Shown here: piece after piece, positions 17,512-26,852 of the stretch
Numbering within the stretch: the first letter of the stretch is position 1
Layout: the number at the start of each line of letters is the position of its first letter
NCBI GenBank assembly: GCA_964416735.1
Contig: CAYQFM010000003.1
Coordinates: 256 to 30,535 of the forward strand
Direction: 5' to 3'
DNA from: an uncultured Iamiaceae bacterium
Lineage (GTDB): Bacteria > Actinomycetota > Acidimicrobiia > Acidimicrobiales > Acidimicrobilacustridaceae
Length of the DNA: 30,280 nucleotides
The notes under the pieces: generated by a model
What the model was told of the DNA's origin: nothing
The model's input: the letters and a program-made list of their open reading frames with translations, nothing else
The model's database searches: none
Program-made: the position numbers and the translations under genes

Positions 17512-18366
17512 TCAGCGGCTGTAGTCGTAGAAACCCGATCCGGATTTCCGGCCGAGTTGGCCGGCGGTGACCATGCGGCGCAGCAGTGGCATGGCTGCAT
17601 AGTTGGGATCCCGGAACTCGTTGTAGAGAGCATCGAGAATTGCGAGTGAGGTGTCGAGACCGACGAGGTCGAGCAGGGCGAGTGGCCCCATAGGGAAGTT
17701 ACACCCGCCTTTCATCGCGGTATCGATGTCGTCACGGTTGGCGGTTCCGGCCTCGAGAAGCCGGACGGCATTGTTGAGATAGGGGAATAACAGGGCGTTG
17801 ACGATGAACCCGGCCCTGTCCTTCACCTCCACGGGGGTCTTGCCGCATGTCTCGGCGAACTCTCGTACAGCGGCCATCGTCTCGTCCGAGGTGGTCAGTG
17901 TCCGCACCAATTCCACAAGACTCATCATCGGCGCCGGGTTGAAGAAATGGACCCCGCACACCCGATCGGGACGGTGGGTCTCCATTGCCATCTCGATAAC
18001 CGGCAGCGTTGACGTGTTTGTGGCAAGGATCGTCTCGTCTCCGCAGATGTGGTTGAGTTCTTTGAAGAGTTCCTTCTTGGTGTCGAGGTCTTCGACGATC
18101 GACTCGATGACCAGATCACACTCGGCCAGGTCGTGCAGGTTGCCGGTGGCTGTGACCCGTGCGAGTGTCGCATCACACTCGGCCTGTTCAAGTCGACCCT
18201 TTTCGACCTGACGATTGAGAGACTTCTCCATTGCCGCCACGGTTGCTTCAGCCGTGTGGAGTTGGCGTGAACGCAGCACCACCTCGTGGCCGCTGCGGGC
18301 CGCCACTTCGGCGATTCCTGAGCCCATGATTCCTGATCCGACGATGCCGACACGCTTGATTGACAT
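17512..18366 (-). CDS. hbd: 3-hydroxybutyryl-CoA dehydrogenase
   Basis: GIVGSGIMGSGIA, DLVIESIVE, LATNTSTL, GVHFFNPAP, DRAGFIVNALL, NFPMGPLALLDLVGLD, LGRKSGSGFYDY. Confidence 0.92.
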   Translation of the reverse strand: MSIKRVGIVGSGIMGSGIAEVAARSGHEVVLRSRQLHTAEATVAAMEKSLNRQVEKGRLEQAECDATLARVTATGNLHDLAECDLVIESIVEDLDTKKELFKELNHICGDETILATNTSTLPVIEMAMETHRPDRVCGVHFFNPAPMMSLVELVRTLTTSDETMAAVREFAETCGKTPVEVKDRAGFIVNALLFPYLNNAVRLLEAGTANRDDIDTAMKGGCNFPMGPLALLDLVGLDTSLAILDALYNEFRDPNYAAMPLLRRMVTAGQLGRKSGSGFYDYSR

Positions 18367-18372
18367 CGCAAC

Positions 18373-18378
18373 AAGCTA
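18373..18378 (-). promoter_or_regulatory. -10 box, leaderless hbd
   Basis: TAGCTT on the minus strand, then 6 nt, then ATG 18366. Confidence 0.6.
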
Positions 18379-18433
18379 CCGATCGGTAGGTTCGTCCGGC
18401 CAATGGCACCGGTCGCCATGCGGAGGGTCGTTG

Positions 18434-18439
18434 TAGCCT
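18434..18439 (+). promoter_or_regulatory. -10 box, leaderless MTase-like gene
   Basis: TAGCCT, then 7 nt, then ATG 18447. Confidence 0.5.
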
Positions 18440-18446
18440 CGTGATG

Positions 18447-18980
18447 ATGCCCGTTGAGACGTCATTGTCTGAAGCGTCGCCGTCTGGTGCGGCCCAGGTG
18501 AATGCAGATCGCCAGTTCCCCTCGCGGGTTGTCAGCCGTCTGCGTCGGTGTCGGCAGCAGTTGCTGGCGGCAGCATCCGGCGATTTGCTCGATCTGAACC
18601 TGACCGGGTCACCCGCGAAGGTGGAGGCTGCTATCGGTAATCCGCCGTCGGGTCACTACGACATGGCAATTGGCGTGGCGGCCCTGGTGGGCGTGAGTGA
18701 TGTCTCTAGGTTCCTTGGAGGTGTCGCGACTCTCCTGCGGAGCGACGGTGTCCTCTGGCTTGTCGAACCCGCATACCAACCAGGACTGGGTGCAGCGCTG
18801 ACGACGACCATGTGGTCGCGTCATCCGGCACTACGCGACCTTCATGTCGGGCGTAACCTGATAACTGTCATCCGCAGTCTCGACTTCACGATCACGGATA
18901 TCGAAAGGTTGACCATGCCCACATCAGTGCGACCGCTCCGAACGTTCCTGTCGATCCGGGCCGAGAGGTTCGGGCGATGA
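18447..18980 (+). CDS. Hypothetical protein, degenerate class I SAM-methyltransferase-like
   Basis: RQQLLAAASGDLLDL, HYDMAIG, VSDVSRFL..VATLLRSDGVLWLVE, LHVGRNL...IRSLDFTI echo Methyltransf_11 segments, but there is no GxGxG loop. Start 18447 chosen from -10 spacing. Confidence 0.6.
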   Translation: MPVETSLSEASPSGAAQVNADRQFPSRVVSRLRRCRQQLLAAASGDLLDLNLTGSPAKVEAAIGNPPSGHYDMAIGVAALVGVSDVSRFLGGVATLLRSDGVLWLVEPAYQPGLGAALTTTMWSRHPALRDLHVGRNLITVIRSLDFTITDIERLTMPTSVRPLRTFLSIRAERFGR

Positions 18981-19648
18981 CCGGCATTCTGGCCCTCGTG
19001 GGTGGCGGTGAGTGGTCTGACGGATGCGATTTTGATGCGCAACTTCTCTCTGCGAGCGACGCTGGAGAAGTTGCGGTCTTGCCGACAGCCTCGGCTTTTG
19101 AGCGCCCCGAACTGTTGTTGGAGCGGGCAACGAATTGGTTCACCGGGCTCGGGGCATCCGTGCGCGAGGTGCCCGTCTACACAAGACGTGACGCGCTTGT
19201 CGCCGAGAACATATCGGCGGTTCGCAACGCCCGGTTCATCTACATGGCGGGCGGCTCACCGATGCATCTCCGGGCCGTGTTGAAGGACACCCCGCTCTAT
19301 GAAGCGATGGTCGAGGCGTACGACAACGGTGCCGTTCTGGCTGGATCGGCCGCAGGTGCCGACGTGCTGTGCGACCCCATGGTCGACACTCGTGGTGGTG
19401 CGCTCACGGTCGGTCTGGGGTTGGTGCCCGGCGTGGCCGTGATCCCTCGTTACGACACGTGGTCCCAAGAGAAGATCCGCCGAACGGTGACCCTCACGCG
19501 TCCGGGTCAGATCCTGGTCGGTGTACCCGAAGCGACGGCGCTCATCCGTGACCCCGATGGCACGTGGCGTTCAGCGGGTCGTGGGGAGGTCACGGTCTAC
19601 GTGGACGGGCAGGTCGGCACCTTGGCCGATCTCAGCCTCCGACGCTGA
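18977..19648 (+). CDS. Peptidase S51/cyanophycinase-like (class I glutamine amidotransferase-like fold), catalytically degenerate
   Basis: LALVGGGE, VLPTASAFE, IYMAGGSP, LAGSAAGA (expected GxSAG), IPRYD (expected PH), GVPEATAL; ATGA overlap with the upstream gene. Confidence 0.8.
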   Translation: MTGILALVGGGEWSDGCDFDAQLLSASDAGEVAVLPTASAFERPELLLERATNWFTGLGASVREVPVYTRRDALVAENISAVRNARFIYMAGGSPMHLRAVLKDTPLYEAMVEAYDNGAVLAGSAAGADVLCDPMVDTRGGALTVGLGLVPGVAVIPRYDTWSQEKIRRTVTLTRPGQILVGVPEATALIRDPDGTWRSAGRGEVTVYVDGQVGTLADLSLRR

Positions 19649-20312
19649 CCAGGTCCACCACGAAGTAGAGGGTCTCATCCGGGGCGATGTCGGGTGGGCT
19701 TCCCTGCTTCCCGTAGCCCATGTCCGGCGGAATCACCAGCAGGCGCTGGCCACCCGGCTTCATCCCTGGGATGCCCTGGGTCCAACCGTCGATCACCCCG
19801 CTCAGTGGGAACGTCGCGGGCTCACCACGTTTCCATGATGAGTCGAAGATCTTACCGGTGGAGCATGAGACGCCGATGTAGCTGACCGTCACCGTTGCTC
19901 CGTCGGGAACAGCATCGCCGCTGCCTTCCTTCAGATCCTTGACGATCAGTTCTGTTGGCGGTGGTCCCACCTCTACGGGCACCTCGGGGGCACCTTCGGG
20001 CAGGGTGTCGGCGAAAGCCACGCAGGGTTTGCCGGCGGCCGACTCAACGCTTGCAGGCTGATCTGTCGACTGGCCAGTCTGTTGATCCGCGGTAGCCACG
20101 GTCGTCGTGGTCGATGACCCCGCCGTCTCGACCTTCCCGTCCTTGTCACGTCCGAGCCAGGCAAAGAGCAACCCTGCCAGCACCACAACGCCGACGACTC
20201 CCGCAATCGTCCCTACTCGCCGTTTGTTCTCGGCCTTCTTCTGTTCGACCTGCGCCGCTTCGATGCGGGCCTGACGCCCCGCCTTCTGCCTCTGCCGTTT
20301 TTCAGTACCCAT
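19632..20312 (-). CDS. Membrane-anchored FKBP-type peptidyl-prolyl isomerase
   Basis: Basic N-terminus plus TM helix; TVSYIG, FDSSWKRGEPATFPL..VIDGWTQGIPGMKPGGQRLLVIPPDMGYG, LYFVVDL. Confidence 0.93.
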   Translation of the reverse strand: MGTEKRQRQKAGRQARIEAAQVEQKKAENKRRVGTIAGVVGVVVLAGLLFAWLGRDKDGKVETAGSSTTTTVATADQQTGQSTDQPASVESAAGKPCVAFADTLPEGAPEVPVEVGPPPTELIVKDLKEGSGDAVPDGATVTVSYIGVSCSTGKIFDSSWKRGEPATFPLSGVIDGWTQGIPGMKPGGQRLLVIPPDMGYGKQGSPPDIAPDETLYFVVDLVSVGG

Positions 20313-20351
20313 TAGGAACGGAAGCTACCAACTGGCGAGGGTCGCTGGGAA

Positions 20352-21209
20352 TCATCCACCGGTGACGCCGATTGGGGCACCCTTCGTAACGGCGATCGAG
20401 TCGATCGTTATGAGCTTGGTGGGCTGACCCATTGCGTTGCCCGACTCGTCGATGGCAAGCACAGTGTCGTCACCTTCGACCACGAAACCGAACTGGGTGA
20501 GTTCCTGAGGAAGGCTGGTTGCGCTTTCGTAAGTTGCTACGACGAAAGCAGCGGCGAAGTCGGTGCTCGTTTCCGAAACGGGTGCCATCGCCACCGATCC
20601 GAACATGAATGCCTGGCCACCGGCCGGGGCCTCTGAGGGCAACGTGTAGCCGGGGCTCTCAGTGCCTTCCGAGCTTTCGATTGCAGCTCGAACGGCGAAG
20701 GCCATCCTCGGCATGATTCCCGAAATCGGTTGGCCGTCGTAGAAGTGGTAGCGGCTGAGCACGATGAAGTTGTTGGCAGCCTGCGGCGCCTGATGAGGGT
20801 TGATGTTCATGACCAGGTCTCCCACGCTGGTGGTGATTCTGGCCGTGTAGAAGAAGTCTGGCTCTATACACATGGGAGGAGGGCCGGCAAAGGTGGTTGT
20901 GCGAGGAGAAGAGCCGTCTTCGGCGGGACATGGGGTCTCGCCAGTCAGAGATGCGCCGGGCGCAACACCGGGGATCGTCACTCCGGGCTGAAGAGATGTG
21001 GTGGTCGTGAATTGTGAGGTCTGTGTCGAGGCGCCGTCCGTCCCCCGGCGGCTGGTCGTGGTCCCGGCGAATCCGGCCATCATCGATGCCAGCACCACTG
21101 CGCCAACTATTGCGATGACAATTTTCTGGCCCCTCTTGGGATCGTTGGGGCGTCCGCCGCTGCGCCGATGAGTGCCGGAGTTGCCATGTGTTCCTGTGGT
21201 GCGCGCCAT
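20352..21209 (-). CDS. Membrane-anchored cyclophilin-like protein, catalytically degenerate
   Basis: TM helix, Thr-rich linker, ARITTSVGDL...APQAANNFIVLSRYHFYDG, PGY, GSVAMA, QFGFVVEG; FHR and QGG motifs absent. Confidence 0.8.
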   Translation of the reverse strand: MARTTGTHGNSGTHRRSGGRPNDPKRGQKIVIAIVGAVVLASMMAGFAGTTTSRRGTDGASTQTSQFTTTTSLQPGVTIPGVAPGASLTGETPCPAEDGSSPRTTTFAGPPPMCIEPDFFYTARITTSVGDLVMNINPHQAPQAANNFIVLSRYHFYDGQPISGIMPRMAFAVRAAIESSEGTESPGYTLPSEAPAGGQAFMFGSVAMAPVSETSTDFAAAFVVATYESATSLPQELTQFGFVVEGDDTVLAIDESGNAMGQPTKLITIDSIAVTKGAPIGVTGG

Positions 21210-21262
21210 TGCGGGTGACGCTACTTGTTTGTCGTGGGATGGTCACCGCAACCGCCCACGAT

Positions 21263-21268
21263 TACCCT
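21263..21268 (+). promoter_or_regulatory. -10 box, leaderless ask
   Basis: TACCCT, then 7 nt, then GTG 21276. Confidence 0.6.
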
Positions 21269-21275
21269 GCGTTCC

Positions 21276-23597
<2,322 letters not shown>

Positions 23598-23634
23598 ATG
23601 ACACAACGCGGCCCGGCATCTCGCCGGTGTCTGG

Positions 23635-23650
23635 CCTGCTCGGGTGCAGG
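23635..23650 (-). terminator. Short hairpin just 3' of tRNA-Pro
   Basis: CCTGC-tcgggt-GCAGG between the convergent asd and tRNA genes. Confidence 0.3.
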
Positions 23651-23655
23651 TCTCT

Positions 23656-23732
<77 letters not shown>

Positions 23733-23746
23733 TAGAGGCGCCGACT

Positions 23747-24139
23747 CTAACCGATCTCCTCGTAGTACGAGTAACCGTCAACCAGTTTGCGGACGGCCCG
23801 TGACATCCTGAACGCATCGGCGGGTTTGACCAACCAACCGTCGGCGTCGGCCCGCCTGGCAAGGAATGCGTCTGCTGCACGGTCCAGCAGCAGCATGACG
23901 GCAGTTATGGGGATTCGGTTGATCGATTCTGCATGGCGGACCTCCATGCACGTCGCGAACCCGCCCATGTTTCCGATCTGCATGTCGAGAATCACGAGGT
24001 CCGGTTCCTCGTCGATTACGACGGGAACCACGTCCTTGCCGGAGCGCACACGTAGAACCCTGGTTTCGTCGTCTGCCAGTGCGTCATCGACCTGGTGGAA
24101 CAACGAATCGGAGTCTGTGCCCAGGAGAATTGTGGTCAC
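23747..24139 (-). CDS. Stand-alone response-regulator receiver domain (atypical)
   Basis: [15 protein letters not shown] (phospho-Asp), ADGWLVKP (Lys). GTG 24139 lies 7 nt after TAGCCT, supporting that start. Confidence 0.85.
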   Translation of the reverse strand: MTTILLGTDSDSLFHQVDDALADDETRVLRVRSGKDVVPVVIDEEPDLVILDMQIGNMGGFATCMEVRHAESINRIPITAVMLLLDRAADAFLARRADADGWLVKPADAFRMSRAVRKLVDGYSYYEEIG

Positions 24140-24146
24140 GCCAGCG

Positions 24147-24152
24147 AGGCTA
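24147..24152 (-). promoter_or_regulatory. -10 box, leaderless receiver gene
   Basis: TAGCCT on the minus strand, then 7 nt, then GTG 24139. Confidence 0.55.
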
Positions 24153-24296
24153 GTTCGTTGTGCGTGGGTGATCCCAACGGGCCGCAACCGAATTGAAATG
24201 TGAAAGTAGAGGCCCCCGGAGGCGCCCGTTGGCTACCATCTGGCTGATTCCACATCGCACGGGTTGTCGGGGGAGACGACCATCGGGGAGGGAAGA

Positions 24297-24650
24297 ATGC
24301 TTGAGATCGTGATAGAGACAACCGACCGTTTCACCCTGTGTCGCCCCGCCGGTGAACTCGATGCCTACACCGTGACCTTCTTCCGTGAAGCGCTGGCTGA
24401 ACTTATAGCGGTTGAACTACTGCTCATCGACCTGTCGGAGGTCCCGTTCATGGACTCCGCTGGCCTGGGAGCGCTGATCCATGGCATTCGCCGCACCCGT
24501 GAGTCGGGTGGTGAAGTAACGGTCGCGTGCGGCCGCCCCACCTTGACCCGTTTATTGCACACGACGGGTTTTGACCGGATTGTGCATGTGGCTGACACCG
24601 TCGACGATGCGGCGGCGGCACTGTTGCACCCGCCAAGTGATCGGGACTGA
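24297..24650 (+). CDS. STAS-domain anti-sigma factor antagonist
   Basis: GELDAYT, DLSEVPFMDSAGLGAL (phosphorylatable Ser), LLHTTGFD; purine-rich SD before ATG 24297. Confidence 0.9.
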   Translation: MLEIVIETTDRFTLCRPAGELDAYTVTFFREALAELIAVELLLIDLSEVPFMDSAGLGALIHGIRRTRESGGEVTVACGRPTLTRLLHTTGFDRIVHVADTVDDAAAALLHPPSDRD

Positions 24651-24724
24651 TGAAAGACTCGGGCTGACGCAAGATCAGGATTGTTGGGCTACCGCCGGGG
24701 TCGGGTCTGAAGTGGCCGACCGTT

Positions 24725-25867
24725 CTAGTTCTTGCCCGACGGTGGAAACAGGTGGCGGGAAATCTCGGCGAGACCGTCGAGGTCGTGCACGTCGCTGCGT
24801 AGGAACGGAACCCGCAGTACCGGTGCGGGTGAAACCCGCTCGGCCAATCCGGCCAGGTGTGCTTCTTCGTTGGCGGCCACGGTGAGAAAGTCCGCGAGGT
24901 TGGCGTAGAGGCCTCCCAAGTCGGTTCCAGCAAGGGTCTTGGCCCGTTCTCGCACCGTGTCGGGCGCGGCGTCCGAGAACTGCGGGTGCATCCTGTTGAG
25001 GATCAGCGCTCGCACGGGAATATCGGCTTCGTGAAGTTTGCTGGCGAAATAGGAAGCTTCCTCGACCACGTCACGACGAGGTGCGGCGACCAAGACGAAT
25101 GCGGTCTTCTCGCCGGTGAGCAGGCCGACCACGTGCGCCGCCCGATCGCGGAAGCCCCGTTCCATCCCGTCGAACGCCGTGAAGAAGGCGATTGCGTCGT
25201 GCACCACTTCGCCGCCGACGACCTTGGAGATCGTCCGCAGAAATGCCTGAGCGGCAACGTTCACCGCTTTGACGATGCCTCGGGTGGGGCTCATGAGTAT
25301 GCGGTAGAGACGGTGGTCGAGGAATCTGGTGAGGCGTTTTGGGGCTTCGAGGAAGTCGAGGGCGTTGCGCGTCGGCGGCGTGTCGACCACGATCAGGTCG
25401 TAGTCGCCCTCTTCGTGCAGTTCGTAGAGCTTCTCCATCGCCATGTATTCCTGGGTTCCCGACAGCGCCCCCGAGATGTTCTTGTAGAAGCGGTTGTCGA
25501 GGATGTTCCGAGCCTGATCGGGATCTGTGGCGTGTTTGACCACGAGGGCGTCGAACGTGCTCTTTGTGTCGAGCATCAGCGCCCACAGTTCGCCTGGCCA
25601 GTCTCCGGGCACTCGGCTGGCCGTGTTGGTGAGGCCCTCGATGCCCATGGCGTTGGCCAGACGTTTGGCGGGATCGATGGTGACGACCACGGTCTTGAGG
25701 CCCATGCGAGCACCTTCGAGGGCGACGACCGCTGCGATGGTGGTCTTGCCCACACCACCGGAACCGGTACACACGATGATTCGGTTGGCGGATATGACAT
25801 CTCGCAGATCGGCTTCGGGCTTCTCGCGGAGTCGTGTCCGTTTGTCGGTTGCGGCGGAAGCGTTCAC
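24725..25867 (-). CDS. ArsA/Get3-like ATPase (Rv3680-type partner)
   Basis: CTGSGGVGKTT, VVTIDPAKRLA, GTQEYMAMEKL, VVDTPPTRNALDFL, ILNRMH; coupled to the upstream paralogue by a 4-bp overlap. Confidence 0.9.
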   Translation of the reverse strand: MNASAATDKRTRLREKPEADLRDVISANRIIVCTGSGGVGKTTIAAVVALEGARMGLKTVVVTIDPAKRLANAMGIEGLTNTASRVPGDWPGELWALMLDTKSTFDALVVKHATDPDQARNILDNRFYKNISGALSGTQEYMAMEKLYELHEEGDYDLIVVDTPPTRNALDFLEAPKRLTRFLDHRLYRILMSPTRGIVKAVNVAAQAFLRTISKVVGGEVVHDAIAFFTAFDGMERGFRDRAAHVVGLLTGEKTAFVLVAAPRRDVVEEASYFASKLHEADIPVRALILNRMHPQFSDAAPDTVRERAKTLAGTDLGGLYANLADFLTVAANEEAHLAGLAERVSPAPVLRVPFLRSDVHDLDGLAEISRHLFPPSGKN

Positions 25868-26829
25868 AGTTCGACCAAACCTTCGATGCCTGTCTTCATT
25901 GCCGCCGCCAGCTCGTCGACGTGTTCGGGGCCCAAGTCGGCACTGAACATGAACGGAAGGTGGATCTGTGGAAGGGGCAGCATCTCGGCGAGGCGGTCTA
26001 CCTGCTCTGCCTGTAGGTCCATCCGGTGGGTGCGGAACTTGGCAGCGTCACGCAGGGACTCCGACTCACCGGTGTGTAGGAATGCCCCGGCCACCTCTGC
26101 TGCCTTCTTCGGGTCCGTGGTCAGACCGTCGATGGGCGGGTAGAGGCCGTTCACCACCACCGGCCCCAGGCTGACGCCGACCTCGTCTTCCAGACTGAAT
26201 GCGGTCTCTACCAGTTCATTGACCGGGGTCTCTTCTGGAAGGGTTACCAGCATCACCTGACACCGAGACGGATCGGTGAGCATTTCCAGCACGTCACGTG
26301 CTTGGGTGTTGATGGGCCCCACCCGCACGGCGTCCATCAGGCCTCGGGCTGAACGCAGGAACGTAATCGCGTGTCCGGCGGCCGGAGCATCCAACACCAC
26401 CAGATCAGATCGTCCGTCTCGCTGGAGTTGTTTGACCTTGCCCAGGATGAGTATGTCCTTGATGCCGGGAGCTGCCGTGGCGACCATGTCGAGGGCACCA
26501 CTCATGGCGAGGCGCTTCGAGATGCGGTTCATTCCGTGGTCTTCGAGGTACTCGAGTAGTGCGTTGTCGGGGGTGAGGGTGCGGGCACGAACGTCCGATG
26601 CTCCATCGGGACCACCGCCGGGAGACAACGTGCCCTCGTCGTATTCCAGCGAGGGTTGGCCGAACATTGCAGACAGCCCGCTCTTGCCTTCAACCTCGAC
26701 TATGAGGGTGGACAGACCGCACAGCGCGGCACACCGGGCCAGGGCGGCACTGACGGTGGTCTTGCCCACGCCTCCCTTCCCGGCCACGATGAGCACACGA
26801 GATGCTGCGAAGAACTGCGCAGGATCCAC
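25864..26829 (-). CDS. ArsA/Get3-like P-loop ATPase (Rv3679-type partner)
   Basis: VAGKGGVGKTT, APGIKDILILGK, VLDAPAAGH, LVTLPEETPVNE, VVVNGL; SD GAGGGG. Confidence 0.88.
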   Translation of the reverse strand: MDPAQFFAASRVLIVAGKGGVGKTTVSAALARCAALCGLSTLIVEVEGKSGLSAMFGQPSLEYDEGTLSPGGGPDGASDVRARTLTPDNALLEYLEDHGMNRISKRLAMSGALDMVATAAPGIKDILILGKVKQLQRDGRSDLVVLDAPAAGHAITFLRSARGLMDAVRVGPINTQARDVLEMLTDPSRCQVMLVTLPEETPVNELVETAFSLEDEVGVSLGPVVVNGLYPPIDGLTTDPKKAAEVAGAFLHTGESESLRDAAKFRTHRMDLQAEQVDRLAEMLPLPQIHLPFMFSADLGPEHVDELAAAMKTGIEGLVEL

Positions 26830-26852
26830 AACTGTCCCCTCGGAGGCTCCGG

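Noticed and set aside
24857-26143. 428-aa plus-strand ORF
   Set aside because: Antisense shadow of the ArsA genes with no recognisable motifs. The same applies to 2545-3294, 4231-5169, 5854-6744, 10627-11640, 11920-12831, 15564-16637 and 21243-22334, as expected in high-GC coding DNA.
24725-26829. Arsenic resistance operon
   Set aside because: No arsB, acr3, arsC, arsD or arsR; motifs and context match the actinobacterial Get3-like pair.
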